Below are positions 22,701 through 32,324 of a stretch of DNA of 64,000 nt, piece by piece. The position numbers and the translations under genes are program-made. The stretch covers positions 64,001 to 128,000 of IMG/VR virus record IMGVR_UViG_3300029319_000005; one strand, 5' to 3'. The stretch comes from a virus. A model generated the notes under the pieces. It saw only the letters and a program-made list of their open reading frames with translations, was not told where the DNA came from and made no database searches. The number at the start of each line of letters is the position of its first letter. Position 1 is the stretch's first letter.

Positions 22701-25700
22701 TGACTCTCCAAAAGGTAGTTCAATCGTAGGATAGATAGTATCAAAAATTTTATCCCACTCTTCTCTTTCTGGCGTTCCCTCCTCCGCTTTTGGTATAGCA
22801 TATTGTAAATTTAAGAAATTTAAAAGAGATTCTGATGCGTCTTGCACATTTGAAAAATCTGCGTTTCTAATAAATTCTTTTAAATCTTTTTCAATAGGAA
22901 ATAATGCTAGATCTTCACTATGTTTATTTTCCATATATAAAATCAATCTAGGAAACAAAGATGACTTTAGTGACAAGCGCCACTTTCCTTGTTCCGAATC
23001 GTAAATCAATTGTCTTATATGAAATCTTTTATCCCAATCAGACCACCCAGGAGACGACATACCTTCGTAAATCTTAGCAAAAACAGCATAGCAATCTTCC
23101 GACGTTATTGGGTTATCGATATCACCTTTACCTAAAACAATTTTGTCTTGATTTTCATAAGCAGTATTATCCCAGACATTCCAAGTAAATTTTGATTCAT
23201 ATTCAACGTAGTATTTCATTGAATTTAAATATTTTTGTATATACAGAACGTTAAGCCATGATTTTTGTAAATAAGTGTCAACCACTGAAAAAGACGCCGG
23301 GGCGTGGATTAAATTGGTTCCTTGATTAGGAGAGTAGGGAGCAGCGCCATCAGTCCAATCTAATGATTCTCCAGTATAAGGAACAAAATTTGTAAGCAAT
23401 AAATCTGTTTTAAACTGCTCAAAATCAGTTCCTTGTTTTTTAAGCATTACTTGATATATCGAGATGATAGAATCGAATAAGGCACTTTCTTTATCTTTTA
23501 AAGAAACAATATCAAGCGCACTCCATTTGCTCCAATCGGTAGCACTCAAATCCGCTTCAAATTTAACAAAGCTGTTAGGAGTGTACCTTACGACAGATCT
23601 TTTTGAATTATTGATACTATCTCCTCCAATATAAAAAGAGAAATTAGCACCTTTCTTTGCCTTAGATGTGTTTGGATCAACAAGCCTATGAGCACCAAGG
23701 GGAACGTGTGGAAGTCCATCAGTCTTCGCTAGATCCCCTATTGTGGCAATTGATTTAAACACTCGAACATTCCCATCCGAATCTATATTATTTATATTTT
23801 TAAAGTTAGAGTCTTGGCCTGTAAGATTCAACAATTTTTTGGGAATCGCTGTTGGCCTATATCTAAACTGTTTCCAGTCTTCAAAAATTTCAAACAATTC
23901 TTTATCAATTGCAGACAATTCAGAAAAACCTTCATTAAGATTATTGGTTACTGTAGCCAGTGAATAAAAATCATCTAGCCCTACATAGCCATTAAATAAA
24001 GGTGCTGCTCCATCAATCTCTAAAAAGTCTTTCACATAGTCAAAAGATTGATCGCTTATTTGTCCATATATTCCTTGGGAAACTGCCTCTTCCGCCGATA
24101 GGTTTGAAAACATAGGATTTGAATTAAAATTAACCTTTTTAGCACTTGTTTTAATGGGAGGTATATTTTTCAACTTCGGCTGATTATTGCCGATATTAAG
24201 CTTGGCCTTAACCTCTATGAACTGTTCTAAAACAAATCCTCCATCTTTAAAATATCTTTGATCAATATTATTTTTTAATATTTGCTTTTCTATAGAAACA
24301 ATCCTTCCAAGCTCATTGTTATAAAAATTTGGTGGTACATCAAACTTTTCAAAATCAACTTCAAGAGTAGCGAGCATATCATTTAAATCAATAGTCCCCT
24401 TTTGCGAAGCCTGCGACAGCACTTCTAATAATTCATCATTTTTTGGACCATTATAGGCATAGCTTAGATATCTTGCGATATCCAAAGCTTGATTAGCAGG
24501 GTCCTCAAACATACTAACAAACGTAGGAACGTTTAAGACCTCTGGATAAACCGTTCTTCCCGCAATCTTAAGGTTATCATCAGTCAAAGCCTTGTTTTTT
24601 AAATCCGGCTGTACAACTCCGTATGTTTGTACGACTGGCGTGTCTAATATTCTACGGAAAAGGCTGTCAGATACTTCTCCAAACTTTTCAACATCAATAT
24701 CTAACTCAGAGACTGTCTGGATGTTCTCTTTAACCTTATCTGAGACTTCGTACAGTGTCTTTTCTAAAAGCAATTTTAAAGCATCAGTGTTTGTCATTTC
24801 AATGGCTTCTTCTTGAGTTAAAATGTCATATGAAGCTTGTGCCATTAGACTTAAAATATCGTCCGCGCCGTCTTCGACTTCTGCACAAAATAAACTAAAT
24901 ATAAAGCCCATATAGATTTCTTTGTTCACACTGTTTAGGCCAATCTCAGAAAAATAAAATATAGACGGAAGAAATTTTTCATATATTAGGACTCTCATAA
25001 AAGTTTTAGTCAGTCCTGCCATGATCGCTCTTTGCAATGCTGCTTGCTCATCAAGTCCTTGACAAATAAAGTTCTTTCTGATCGTTTCCATAGATGCCGT
25101 TAAAGAGGCCAGGTCCATAAGATCAACTTGCTTTGTAGGACAAAGCGGATCATCAAACAGAGTCATAGTTAAAATTCTGTTCGAGTCTAAGAATGGTGAA
25201 TATAAAGATTTTTTAGAAAACCTTCCAGCGAGTGTGTCTAAAGCAGTCGAATAGTGGGCTCGCATGGACGCTCTGAACTGTGCCTCAAATTGCTCATTAA
25301 TTTGACCTAAAATAGGTTTCCAACTGTCTGTCATGACCTGAGAAAACCTTTCTGCTTGGGACGACGGCTGAAACTGTCCCTCTATCCCCACCGCATAGGG
25401 GTCCGGATAAGCGTGAGTTTTTGAAAGAGCCTTCATGGCTTGTTCAAGTTGTGCGCTTGGATTAGGGCTTTTTATTCTCAAAGACAAGGTTTCATTTTGA
25501 TTATCTATTTCTATAGAATGCAAGCCTGTAATGTCTATTAGATACTGCGAGGCTCCGTCAGGCGACAATCCAGAATAAATTTTATTTTTAAGAATTATTT
25601 CTTTATCATATTCCAGATTATTAACAAAATCATTATTTTTTATGTTTTGAGCATTCGTCTTCTTTGTTAAAGATAAAGCAGCTACTGCTCTGTTTTCTTT

Positions 25701-28646
25701 TAATTCACTAAAACGATCAATGCCGTCCAATGATTCTATAAATTCTAATCCCGCAGCAAATCCAGAGGTGTTAAATAATCTTCTTAATTTTGCCATGGGA
25801 TCGATAGTATTAAATCTAACTTCTTGTTTAAAATCGTTAGAAATGACCTCTACTAAGGTGTTATCTTCATCTTTTAAAAGATTTCTAAAATCTACTAAAA
25901 GCTCAACATTTTTCTGTGAAGCTCCTCCTTTGTTTGCGCTCATAGAAGGCACTAGCACTTTGTCATCAAGCTCTATAAAGTTGGTAGTAATGTTTAATTT
26001 AGAAATTGCATCGCTATCAAACAAAAATACAGGAAAAGCATTCAATTCAACCGTAAACTTTGTCTTAATTGAATCAAAGGCACTCTGATAGGCGCTTTTA
26101 TTCATAAAATCGCCAGCCGGATCAGGAATTTTTAACAACTCACACGGCTGTAAAACAAACTCTGGGTCGAATGCCAGAGCGCTTTCAGGATTTTTATCTG
26201 GCAGTCCGCCAATAATTTCATCTAAAAGACCGTCATCATAATTTGAATATTTGTCTTTCATTTGCTGTTTAAAGTCAGCACAAATTTCGGCGCTTGACAT
26301 CCTAGCCATTTCATCTATTTTTTCATCTAATAGTGATAAGTTACAATCTTCTCGACCCATAGACGCTAATCCAGATTCGACAGCAGCCTTTTCGGACCTG
26401 ATCCCTAGTTGTTGGTTAAGTCCTCTTGCTATCGCTTCAATTACAGAGTTATTAGCGTTCCCTTGCAAGCAATCTCTCATTTCCAAAGGAGTAGTAGTGT
26501 TGGTAACAATTTTCGCTAATTTTTCGATTTCTTTTTTAGTGCGTAGTAAGTTTGCAGACTTCGGAGATCTTTCCATTGATTTTGTAATAACATGGTCTGC
26601 AAACTTTAGAAGCGCATCATCTTTATTTGTTAAAAAGTCTCCAAGGTCTGCGGCCCCCTTCTTAAACTGATCGCCTACACCTTCAACATTACAAGAAGCG
26701 ATCATTATCAGCATTTGTTTAAAAAAATCAACAATTGCTCGTTCTACGGTCTCTTTTATAACTCCTTCAATATTGTTAGTAAAATCACCCCAAAAATCAC
26801 CAATTGGAGTGGTTTTTTTGAAAGCAGGCATTATCCTAGTATTTCCTAGAGTTACCAAAAATTTGTCAATCCTGTCAAGAACATCAACATTTGGAGTGCC
26901 ATATCTATCAGCACAAGTTAATCCTAGTATTAAAAGGTCTCTAACTGTCAACCTTTTCACAATCAAGTTTTCTATATCTTTAATTGTTTTAATTCTAGAA
27001 AGAAGCCTGCCGGAACTGATCTGCGCTACGGTTGAATCTCTAATAACGTGGCTGGGCCTTATTTTAGCATTGCCAGGATAACTTAACCAGGGCGCATCAT
27101 ATTGTTCATTTAAAGATGAAAAGTTAAAGCCATCCGATAAAAGAGACCCATATGCCTCATGTAGGCCAGAGGCAGCGATAGACGCAACCACTCCTCCGGC
27201 AACATCGCCAGTCACAAACAAGCCTTTTATATTGGCATCTGCTCCCGCCTCGGCAATACCAGCTAATGAGTTTATTGCGTCCTCTCTGTCAAAAGGAGCA
27301 TTTGTCACTTGATCATAAAGTTTTGAAATATCGTGTTTTACTTGTGATAAAATAGCCTTTTCTTTTTCAACATCCTCAGAACCTTTGTATAGCGCATCTG
27401 CTTCATCAAATACTTTCTCTATTTTTTGTAGATTTTCTATACTAATGTCTTTTGGATAGTGATAGGCCTCCAAAAATGGCATTAAATCAGTATAATCAGC
27501 ACCCCCTCCATCTAGAAAACCAGAAGTAACGTCGCTAATAGGATTAGAAGAATCAATTATTTCATTAATATTTCTAATGTAGTTAACGAAAGTTGGGTAA
27601 TATTCTGCTTCAATTGTGCTTTTAGTTCTACCTATGGATGTATCTAAAAACTGGTTGTTACCTAGTGACTCCTCGCTGCCCTCTAAATTTAGCTCTGCTG
27701 TTATTTGTGCTTCAAACTCTGACTCGCCAACCCTAATAGCAGCCGCTGGTAAATTTTTGATAAAACTAAATCCAAAGTACTGTTTTTCAAACCCTAATCT
27801 AGAAAGTGCTTCGTCGCTGTTTAAAGAAGACTCTCTAGGATTTTGCTCTACTAGTCCATAAACCTCTTCCATTAAGTTAACAGCCTGCTTTTCGCTAGAG
27901 TCTGGAATTTCCACTAAGTTTCTAGCTTCAGCCCTAAAAGATTCAAGCCCTCTAGAATCCGGAAAAGTTATACATAGAATAGGAACCAACCCTTCCAGCC
28001 ACGACACCGGCCCTTTAGTACTTCCGGCTATTTCATATAAACCCTGTTGGTTCACTTCGCTCGCTTGTTTTTGGGAAGATTTTTTCTCTTCATAAAATTC
28101 TTTCATGTCTGCTACTAACGCATCTTTCCATGCGTCAATATTTTCTATGATATATTTTTCTTTATAAAGATCGACTTTAATTTTATCTGCCGCTTCAACT
28201 ATTGCTGTTAAAACAGCCTTTAACTTTCTTAGCTTAGCCACGAAAATAGAATTGTCGCTATAAGTTTCGTCAAATTCTAGTATCACAAAATCAGTAGCCC
28301 CATTAAGAAGGGCGCTGCTAGGAGCATCTCTTCTAACTGCCCCTAAAGAACTTAATACAACATCAGATATCAAAACACTAACAGAAATCGTTGCTGCTGC
28401 CGGATCATACTTAAAGTAATCTCCCTTAATAGCTCTAGGTAACGAAATTAAATTAGCATCATTTGTGAGTTCCGAATATGCAGAGGGCGATAGCAGATAC
28501 TCAGTGTCTAGCAATTCAACCGCTCTAGTACGAATTAATTTTTGTACTTCGTTTGTAAACAGTTTTTCATTTTTATCAGCAACAAAGTCCTTGCCGCTAG
28601 ACCAGTCTATTACTATTGGAATTTGTAAATATTTTTTTGTAGCCAC
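19776..28646 (-). CDS. Giant hypothetical protein (2956 aa), probably a tail/baseplate hub or ejected protein
   Basis: Uninterrupted ORF with GTG start and AAGGA SD, between the spike genes and gp25. Acidic, helical-looking, with hydrophobic C-terminal segments. Confidence 0.6.
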   Translation of the reverse strand: MATKKYLQIPIVIDWSSGKDFVADKNEKLFTNEVQKLIRTRAVELLDTEYLLSPSAYSELTNDANLISLPRAIKGDYFKYDPAAATISVSVLISDVVLSSLGAVRRDAPSSALLNGATDFVILEFDETYSDNSIFVAKLRKLKAVLTAIVEAADKIKVDLYKEKYIIENIDAWKDALVADMKEFYEEKKSSQKQASEVNQQGLYEIAGSTKGPVSWLEGLVPILCITFPDSRGLESFRAEARNLVEIPDSSEKQAVNLMEEVYGLVEQNPRESSLNSDEALSRLGFEKQYFGFSFIKNLPAAAIRVGESEFEAQITAELNLEGSEESLGNNQFLDTSIGRTKSTIEAEYYPTFVNYIRNINEIIDSSNPISDVTSGFLDGGGADYTDLMPFLEAYHYPKDISIENLQKIEKVFDEADALYKGSEDVEKEKAILSQVKHDISKLYDQVTNAPFDREDAINSLAGIAEAGADANIKGLFVTGDVAGGVVASIAASGLHEAYGSLLSDGFNFSSLNEQYDAPWLSYPGNAKIRPSHVIRDSTVAQISSGRLLSRIKTIKDIENLIVKRLTVRDLLILGLTCADRYGTPNVDVLDRIDKFLVTLGNTRIMPAFKKTTPIGDFWGDFTNNIEGVIKETVERAIVDFFKQMLIMIASCNVEGVGDQFKKGAADLGDFLTNKDDALLKFADHVITKSMERSPKSANLLRTKKEIEKLAKIVTNTTTPLEMRDCLQGNANNSVIEAIARGLNQQLGIRSEKAAVESGLASMGREDCNLSLLDEKIDEMARMSSAEICADFKQQMKDKYSNYDDGLLDEIIGGLPDKNPESALAFDPEFVLQPCELLKIPDPAGDFMNKSAYQSAFDSIKTKFTVELNAFPVFLFDSDAISKLNITTNFIELDDKVLVPSMSANKGGASQKNVELLVDFRNLLKDEDNTLVEVISNDFKQEVRFNTIDPMAKLRRLFNTSGFAAGLEFIESLDGIDRFSELKENRAVAALSLTKKTNAQNIKNNDFVNNLEYDKEIILKNKIYSGLSPDGASQYLIDITGLHSIEIDNQNETLSLRIKSPNPSAQLEQAMKALSKTHAYPDPYAVGIEGQFQPSSQAERFSQVMTDSWKPILGQINEQFEAQFRASMRAHYSTALDTLAGRFSKKSLYSPFLDSNRILTMTLFDDPLCPTKQVDLMDLASLTASMETIRKNFICQGLDEQAALQRAIMAGLTKTFMRVLIYEKFLPSIFYFSEIGLNSVNKEIYMGFIFSLFCAEVEDGADDILSLMAQASYDILTQEEAIEMTNTDALKLLLEKTLYEVSDKVKENIQTVSELDIDVEKFGEVSDSLFRRILDTPVVQTYGVVQPDLKNKALTDDNLKIAGRTVYPEVLNVPTFVSMFEDPANQALDIARYLSYAYNGPKNDELLEVLSQASQKGTIDLNDMLATLEVDFEKFDVPPNFYNNELGRIVSIEKQILKNNIDQRYFKDGGFVLEQFIEVKAKLNIGNNQPKLKNIPPIKTSAKKVNFNSNPMFSNLSAEEAVSQGIYGQISDQSFDYVKDFLEIDGAAPLFNGYVGLDDFYSLATVTNNLNEGFSELSAIDKELFEIFEDWKQFRYRPTAIPKKLLNLTGQDSNFKNINNIDSDGNVRVFKSIATIGDLAKTDGLPHVPLGAHRLVDPNTSKAKKGANFSFYIGGDSINNSKRSVVRYTPNSFVKFEADLSATDWSKWSALDIVSLKDKESALFDSIISIYQVMLKKQGTDFEQFKTDLLLTNFVPYTGESLDWTDGAAPYSPNQGTNLIHAPASFSVVDTYLQKSWLNVLYIQKYLNSMKYYVEYESKFTWNVWDNTAYENQDKIVLGKGDIDNPITSEDCYAVFAKIYEGMSSPGWSDWDKRFHIRQLIYDSEQGKWRLSLKSSLFPRLILYMENKHSEDLALFPIEKDLKEFIRNADFSNVQDASESLLNFLNLQYAIPKAEEGTPEREEWDKIFDTIYPTIELPFGESKGISQIAELKGIADGTAVYDLNILTATNGEQLQISSNLATSYVDVNEIVFNLNAEELYWHFDHVLKGLTFYGLFADKSIGANLVKWSSCIQGFNYYPYELVEREIDATLKKGNSAVSRLTWRQFSNPDVEIIFPKQITTKNLKKNIKDLTSLPLLDYEDVNYEFSSQIAVFSGLFGTDINEAPLFVKPSLLFGKTTIHQPNSSVTNFKSLDWMGENVNMDPDDIIQDSVSEHMSKRYHPDYLHEETSRVGFKVLTDDVTQNALPERNILAASYKPQQYSRIWGIKSKNYAPLLNESLGSHKDWDPDWDSGFWVGAKDAGLAIMEGVHNLFGFSGLSDENNPGPKSVLYFLNQFKEIWTEDHGRRRATLDTLLLNMKFYLNQIQNYDTLPKSHMNDWSILYISDAVDNFMNSDESLQLKSIRIGRPTPSGKFYEINSMTNNIDIGSRGLDYDQEIGATLNKFMSIINYDTLYGQDFEAGEEAVYTPVVDIPLVRAGAPGVEGEYLNMPMSIDKFAVHMNDAALFATGMSKTNHNNMYNSRTLYYLNPETNEYERISGEETIAYKLLKNWYDKIEELRDKRAKIINNLRDKVIKFMPAVKGSEFFADEPHTTYYEPLKAGVRLSYVLPVSKESEESIPSDGVFLKNSLSDMIQARRAFAGSPGRNYPPLYKKSYEIIERETKQVTVDDEQEVQTINKEIYKIPIAESKIKISDIYGVEDKDIPLSFALQLGPDGNILYDYNKVYEEVFKLKEELLKKQKFQVLFGYSLPVEDLATLSALGTYNTIVDTAKPGLSQMFSQTKSDLLNTMTAFSLPLSYDSAAEFRSYEEQYAFSTADPVDATGIDQQVILQASLMILKGLAEISDPTIATAKAIKDTVYQGVKTTIKAGEAAFGGDASSLYDNKTMRYWRSSQAMFPIVLSLLPYPLIPQEVLFAAGITNPFHITPLGMTYWGLSVTGKLDPLDGTLTAGYHSNEPC

Positions 28647-28657
28647 AGGCTAATTCC

Positions 28658-29608
28658 TTAAGTTATTATTTTCATGTTTTTAAAAGCACTTCCGACTTTA
28701 TTCTCTTTTTGTTCTAAATACTCAAAATAATTATCTAAAGTTGTTATTTTAGATCGATTTATTTCAGACCATTCACCATATAAATCTATTATTTTTTGTA
28801 TGTTTTTATTTTTTGGTCTTTTATTTTTAATCCACTCTAAGTTAGCTAAAATTGTTGGAGAGTAGTAAAAGTTTTCCTTTTCTTTAGGCCCCCCTTTTGG
28901 CGAAGGCCACCAAAACCATCCAGAAGCTTTTGCACTAAAATTCTCACTATGGATATCCTTATTTTTAAATAAGTCTTTGTTCTGATTTCTCCAGTGAATA
29001 GCATCATAATGCATATTATCAATTATATTCCTATTTTCATACATGCCAAGTCTACCGGAAGGTAACAGGCCAGCATCTAATAAAACACTAACTGCTGCAA
29101 TCACTTCAGTAGTGTCAAGTGCTGTATTGTCATCTGCGAAAAAAAATACGGGTTTTGCCGAAGAGCCATAATTTCCGTGATCCCAAGCAATTCCAGCCGG
29201 ATGAGCACCGCCTAGCCCGCTGCCTTTGTGTTGAACCAAAGTTCCTATTTGTGGTACATAGTTCACTCTTCTGCCCGTTGCAATACTAAGGAATTGCTTA
29301 GTAATTTCACCGCTTGCTGCATTTAATCTTAATCTAAGATTATCTTGGATTAGTTCATCTTTGAAAGGGGGAAAAGTTTTTTTACTCTGTGACCTGATGT
29401 ATTTTGTTCTAATTCCGTTTTTATTTATTTTTTTTACACCATTTTGACAAATTAGGATAAGAAGTTCATAAATATCAAGAGGAGTCTTGCCTATGGAGAC
29501 ATCAGATGGACTTTTCCCTTGCAATGAATAAAGACTTCCAAGTCCTAAATAAAATTCTTCAAAGGTCTCATCATCTATATTAACTTCTTTTGTAATAAAT
29601 TTGGTCAT
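28658..29608 (-). CDS. Peptidase M15-like (LAS-type Zn) peptidoglycan hydrolase, probably tail-associated
   Basis: H-x6-D motif 'HPAGIAWD', followed by 'GRLGMY..NMHYD', matches the M15A pattern HxxGxAxD..GxY..HxD. Confidence 0.55.
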   Translation of the reverse strand: MTKFITKEVNIDDETFEEFYLGLGSLYSLQGKSPSDVSIGKTPLDIYELLILICQNGVKKINKNGIRTKYIRSQSKKTFPPFKDELIQDNLRLRLNAASGEITKQFLSIATGRRVNYVPQIGTLVQHKGSGLGGAHPAGIAWDHGNYGSSAKPVFFFADDNTALDTTEVIAAVSVLLDAGLLPSGRLGMYENRNIIDNMHYDAIHWRNQNKDLFKNKDIHSENFSAKASGWFWWPSPKGGPKEKENFYYSPTILANLEWIKNKRPKNKNIQKIIDLYGEWSEINRSKITTLDNYFEYLEQKENKVGSAFKNMKIIT

Positions 29609-29616
29609 CGTTTCTT

Positions 29617-30660
29617 TTAGTTAGTATGGTTTTTATAGCTACATATATATTTTTCGCCTAGCAGAGCATCTGTATAGGTTTTTTTATTAATAATTAACGT
29701 TGCTTGATGCGCTTTCAGATTCTGCTGGAAAAAAGACGCCATGACGGCATTTATTCCTTTTCCTACGTTTTCTAGCCTTTCGGCTGGTCTGGTGGGTCCA
29801 TTAAAAAACGGCGAACTATGTGTGTGTTTTATAACGTGGGTATTAAAATTCGTCTGGTCGAGCACGAACTTTGATAAGTGCCCACTTAAACTAGCCACCT
29901 GTTGGTAAAGGTCATCAATACATTCTCTTAAATTATTTCCCTTGACCAGCGGCTGAACGTCAGTTGACATATCAACTCCTCTTGGATTAGTATTGTTGTT
30001 TGCAATCAAGTCGATACCGCCCGAATCGAAAACACGCCCTCCAAGAGAATTCTTTTTACCATTTACCATGTCCGACTCTGGGCCGACCCCGAATCCGGAA
30101 ACAATACGGATGTTTTCTCTACCAATTATCCTAATAACATCCGCCTTCATGCCGATTGCGGCTCTAGGCATTTCTTGACCATCATCTTTTGCAGTCGGTG
30201 CTCCCGGAGAAGACTGAAGTCCAAAATTCGTATCAATATTTGTTTTTTGGCTAATATAGATTCTAGCAGCATCATAAATAAAATTATTGTCAACATAAGC
30301 ATCTTTGCCATCAGACCGCTTGCTTTTAGCCAAAAATCCCATTCTTCCAACAACCACATCAATAGTATTAGATCGCGTGTTGCCAAGCCCCCCATATCCA
30401 GAAAAAATATTTCCAGGCCTATCCTTTCCCATGACTATATAAGAATTATTTTTACCTTTTATAACGTGTTCAGATTCAGTTTCAATAAACTTTGGTTCTG
30501 GCTCTGGTTGGAAACTACCGCCGACGCCCGGATAGTTTTTTTTCAAATCTCTAATTAACTCTTGCGCGCCATCAGAAAATTCATCAGATTCATAGCCGTC
30601 ATAATCAACTGCTTTTGAAACAGTCTTGTTAGAAGATATCTTATCTTGCGTGTCTTTCAA
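29617..30660 (-). CDS. Baseplate central spike (gp5/gpV C-terminal-like) with HxH metal-binding tip
   Basis: Short beta-strand repeats, 'QPLVKGNNL' and 'KHTHSSPF..GPT'. Position in the baseplate module. Confidence 0.6.
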   Translation of the reverse strand: MKDTQDKISSNKTVSKAVDYDGYESDEFSDGAQELIRDLKKNYPGVGGSFQPEPEPKFIETESEHVIKGKNNSYIVMGKDRPGNIFSGYGGLGNTRSNTIDVVVGRMGFLAKSKRSDGKDAYVDNNFIYDAARIYISQKTNIDTNFGLQSSPGAPTAKDDGQEMPRAAIGMKADVIRIIGRENIRIVSGFGVGPESDMVNGKKNSLGGRVFDSGGIDLIANNNTNPRGVDMSTDVQPLVKGNNLRECIDDLYQQVASLSGHLSKFVLDQTNFNTHVIKHTHSSPFFNGPTRPAERLENVGKGINAVMASFFQQNLKAHQATLIINKKTYTDALLGEKYICSYKNHTN

Positions 30661-30663
30661 TTT

Positions 30664-31308
30664 TTAATCCTCTTCTACAGCTTCAATGGTCGCACCTATA
30701 CTAACTTTTGAATCATAATCAGATACATTTACGTTAGAAAACCTATCATTAAAAGTTGTTAACGCTTTCTCTTCTTGCGTCGAGTTTAAATTTGTTTTTT
30801 CAGCACTCTGGCCCTTTACTGGACCTAAGTATCTAGGCCCTATCATATTAACCGGATCTTCATAAATAATATCAACAAGCGCTCCTACTTTAGGGATTCT
30901 AACACTATCATTCATAGGGAGGGCCACAGGATGTGCCTCTACCAAAAGAGAATCAAAGCCCTCAGAACTGTCTAAAGTATCAGGTGCCGGTATGCAGGCG
31001 TGCATCTCCGGTATTCTAAAAATAATCGGAGGTGGGGCTTGATCCATGAAAACATCTTTCTCAATATTCCCTTGATATGCCGCGCTCGAATTTTTTGATA
31101 AAACGGCTAAAACAAATCCTTTAAATACACCTCTCTCTCTAAATGGTATTGCAACCTGCTCGCTAACCCTTTCTTTAGCAACTTGCGTTAATTGTTCTAA
31201 TTTATCAGAAACGGTTGCAGCGAGGGGAGACAATTTTCTTTTGTCAACCCTTCTCCTGTGAACATTATTAGTAGGCGCAGTAAGTCTTTTTTTTAGTTTG
31301 TTTCTCAT
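30664..31308 (-). CDS. gp5/gpV N-terminal OB-fold-like protein
   Basis: 'IFRIPEMH..IPKVGALVDIIYED...PRYLG' matches the PxxGxxVxVxFxxG..P..lG pattern of the gp5/gpV OB fold. Confidence 0.5.
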   Translation of the reverse strand: MRNKLKKRLTAPTNNVHRRRVDKRKLSPLAATVSDKLEQLTQVAKERVSEQVAIPFRERGVFKGFVLAVLSKNSSAAYQGNIEKDVFMDQAPPPIIFRIPEMHACIPAPDTLDSSEGFDSLLVEAHPVALPMNDSVRIPKVGALVDIIYEDPVNMIGPRYLGPVKGQSAEKTNLNSTQEEKALTTFNDRFSNVNVSDYDSKVSIGATIEAVEED

Positions 31309-31604
31309 CCTTCTAAATTTCCATCCGGCTCGGCCTGTATTAGTTTGAATATTTCGTCTTTGTCAAAAGACGACAAGTCTTTGCCGCTGGATATCTTTTT
31401 CTGGAGTAGCGCTGATACTTTTACCAACTGTTCATTAGAGCGCTGCAATGTCTCTAGATACTTCGCAGCAACAGGTCCCAAGTCCTTGTGCATCTCTGCT
31501 AGCTGTATCTTTTCTAGTATGTCGGTTAGCAAGGTTAGGGCTAATGCCCTATCACTTCTTATGTTTGTAACCGATTCAGCTAGATATTCTTCTATTTTTT
31601 CCAT
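31305..31604 (-). CDS. Small helical hypothetical protein heading the baseplate operon
   Basis: 99-aa ORF, ATGA-coupled to the next gene. Confidence 0.7.
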   Translation of the reverse strand: MEKIEEYLAESVTNIRSDRALALTLLTDILEKIQLAEMHKDLGPVAAKYLETLQRSNEQLVKVSALLQKKISSGKDLSSFDKDEIFKLIQAEPDGNLEG

Positions 31605-31611
31605 AGTAAAA

Positions 31612-31618
31612 TAAATAG
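31612..31618 (-). promoter_or_regulatory. CTAnTTA candidate late promoter (CTATTTA) at the head of the baseplate operon
   Basis: Lies in the 21-nt gap between the sigma stop and ATG 31604. Confidence 0.5.
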
Positions 31619-31625
31619 GAAAAAA

Positions 31626-32324
31626 TTATTTTTTTCCTACAACCCAGTCCTTTTTGAAAGCCCTATACTTTATTCTTAATTTATTAAGATTATTAACAAC
31701 TTGTTTAGTATTCAGACCTGTGATTTCCCTTATATACAAATAAATCGCTTTTTTGTTAAAAATTTCTATATCATCTGCTTTATCAAACAGGAATCTTATT
31801 GCCTCTAAAACCTTTTTCTCGTTTTCTTTTAATTTGGAAGTTTCCCAAGTATCGATCTCCACCCAAAGATGTTGCCAGAATTCATACTTTTCTCTTTCGT
31901 TCAAATATTCATTTTGAACAGAAAGGTAGCCCGTCTCTAATTCGCTAGATAAATCATCAAAATTTACTTCTCTTTTTAAGTTTTTAGAATTCTTTTTAAC
32001 TTTATAGATGAACCAATTTTTTGTAATAACGCTAAAATAAGAAAAAGCTTTTGAACCTTTCTCTGGGTCGAATTTATCTAGAATAGTCGTTAGCCAAATT
32101 TTACAGTCTTCCTTTAAATACTCAATATTTGGGAGATTGTTAAATTTGTACGTGAATACTATCTTATCTACCAGTTCGCTAAAAGCGGGCTCTATTAGTT
32201 CTACATAGAGCTTAGTTCTTTCTTCTAAACTATCCGTAGTGGCGTAAGCCACTATTGCTTCCTGATGTATTTTAGTAAAGTATTTGTTGGTAGTCCTGGG
32301 TCTACGGCGTCTCTTCATTGTCAA
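31626..32324 (-). CDS. Phage RNA polymerase sigma factor (T4 gp55-like late sigma)
   Basis: 'KFDPEKGSKAFSYFSVITKN' is a sigma region-2 motif (compare FDPEKS.NPFAYFTQI in gp55 relatives). N-terminal 'YFTK..EAIVAY'. Confidence 0.75.
   Translation of the reverse strand: MTMKRRRRPRTTNKYFTKIHQEAIVAYATTDSLEERTKLYVELIEPAFSELVDKIVFTYKFNNLPNIEYLKEDCKIWLTTILDKFDPEKGSKAFSYFSVITKNWFIYKVKKNSKNLKREVNFDDLSSELETGYLSVQNEYLNEREKYEFWQHLWVEIDTWETSKLKENEKKVLEAIRFLFDKADDIEIFNKKAIYLYIREITGLNTKQVVNNLNKLRIKYRAFKKDWVVGKK

Noticed and set aside
7220-28646. Inteins, introns or diversity-generating retroelement targets in the giant ORFs
   Set aside because: No intein splice-junction or LAGLIDADG motifs, reverse transcriptase, or template/variable repeat pair were recognised by eye. 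A computational self-alignment was not run.
1-31604. Eukaryotic giant virus or bacterial contractile injection system
   Set aside because: SD motifs, sigma70 promoters, a gp55-like sigma, PhoH, a tRNA and head-cargo-like genes point to a tailed bacteriophage.
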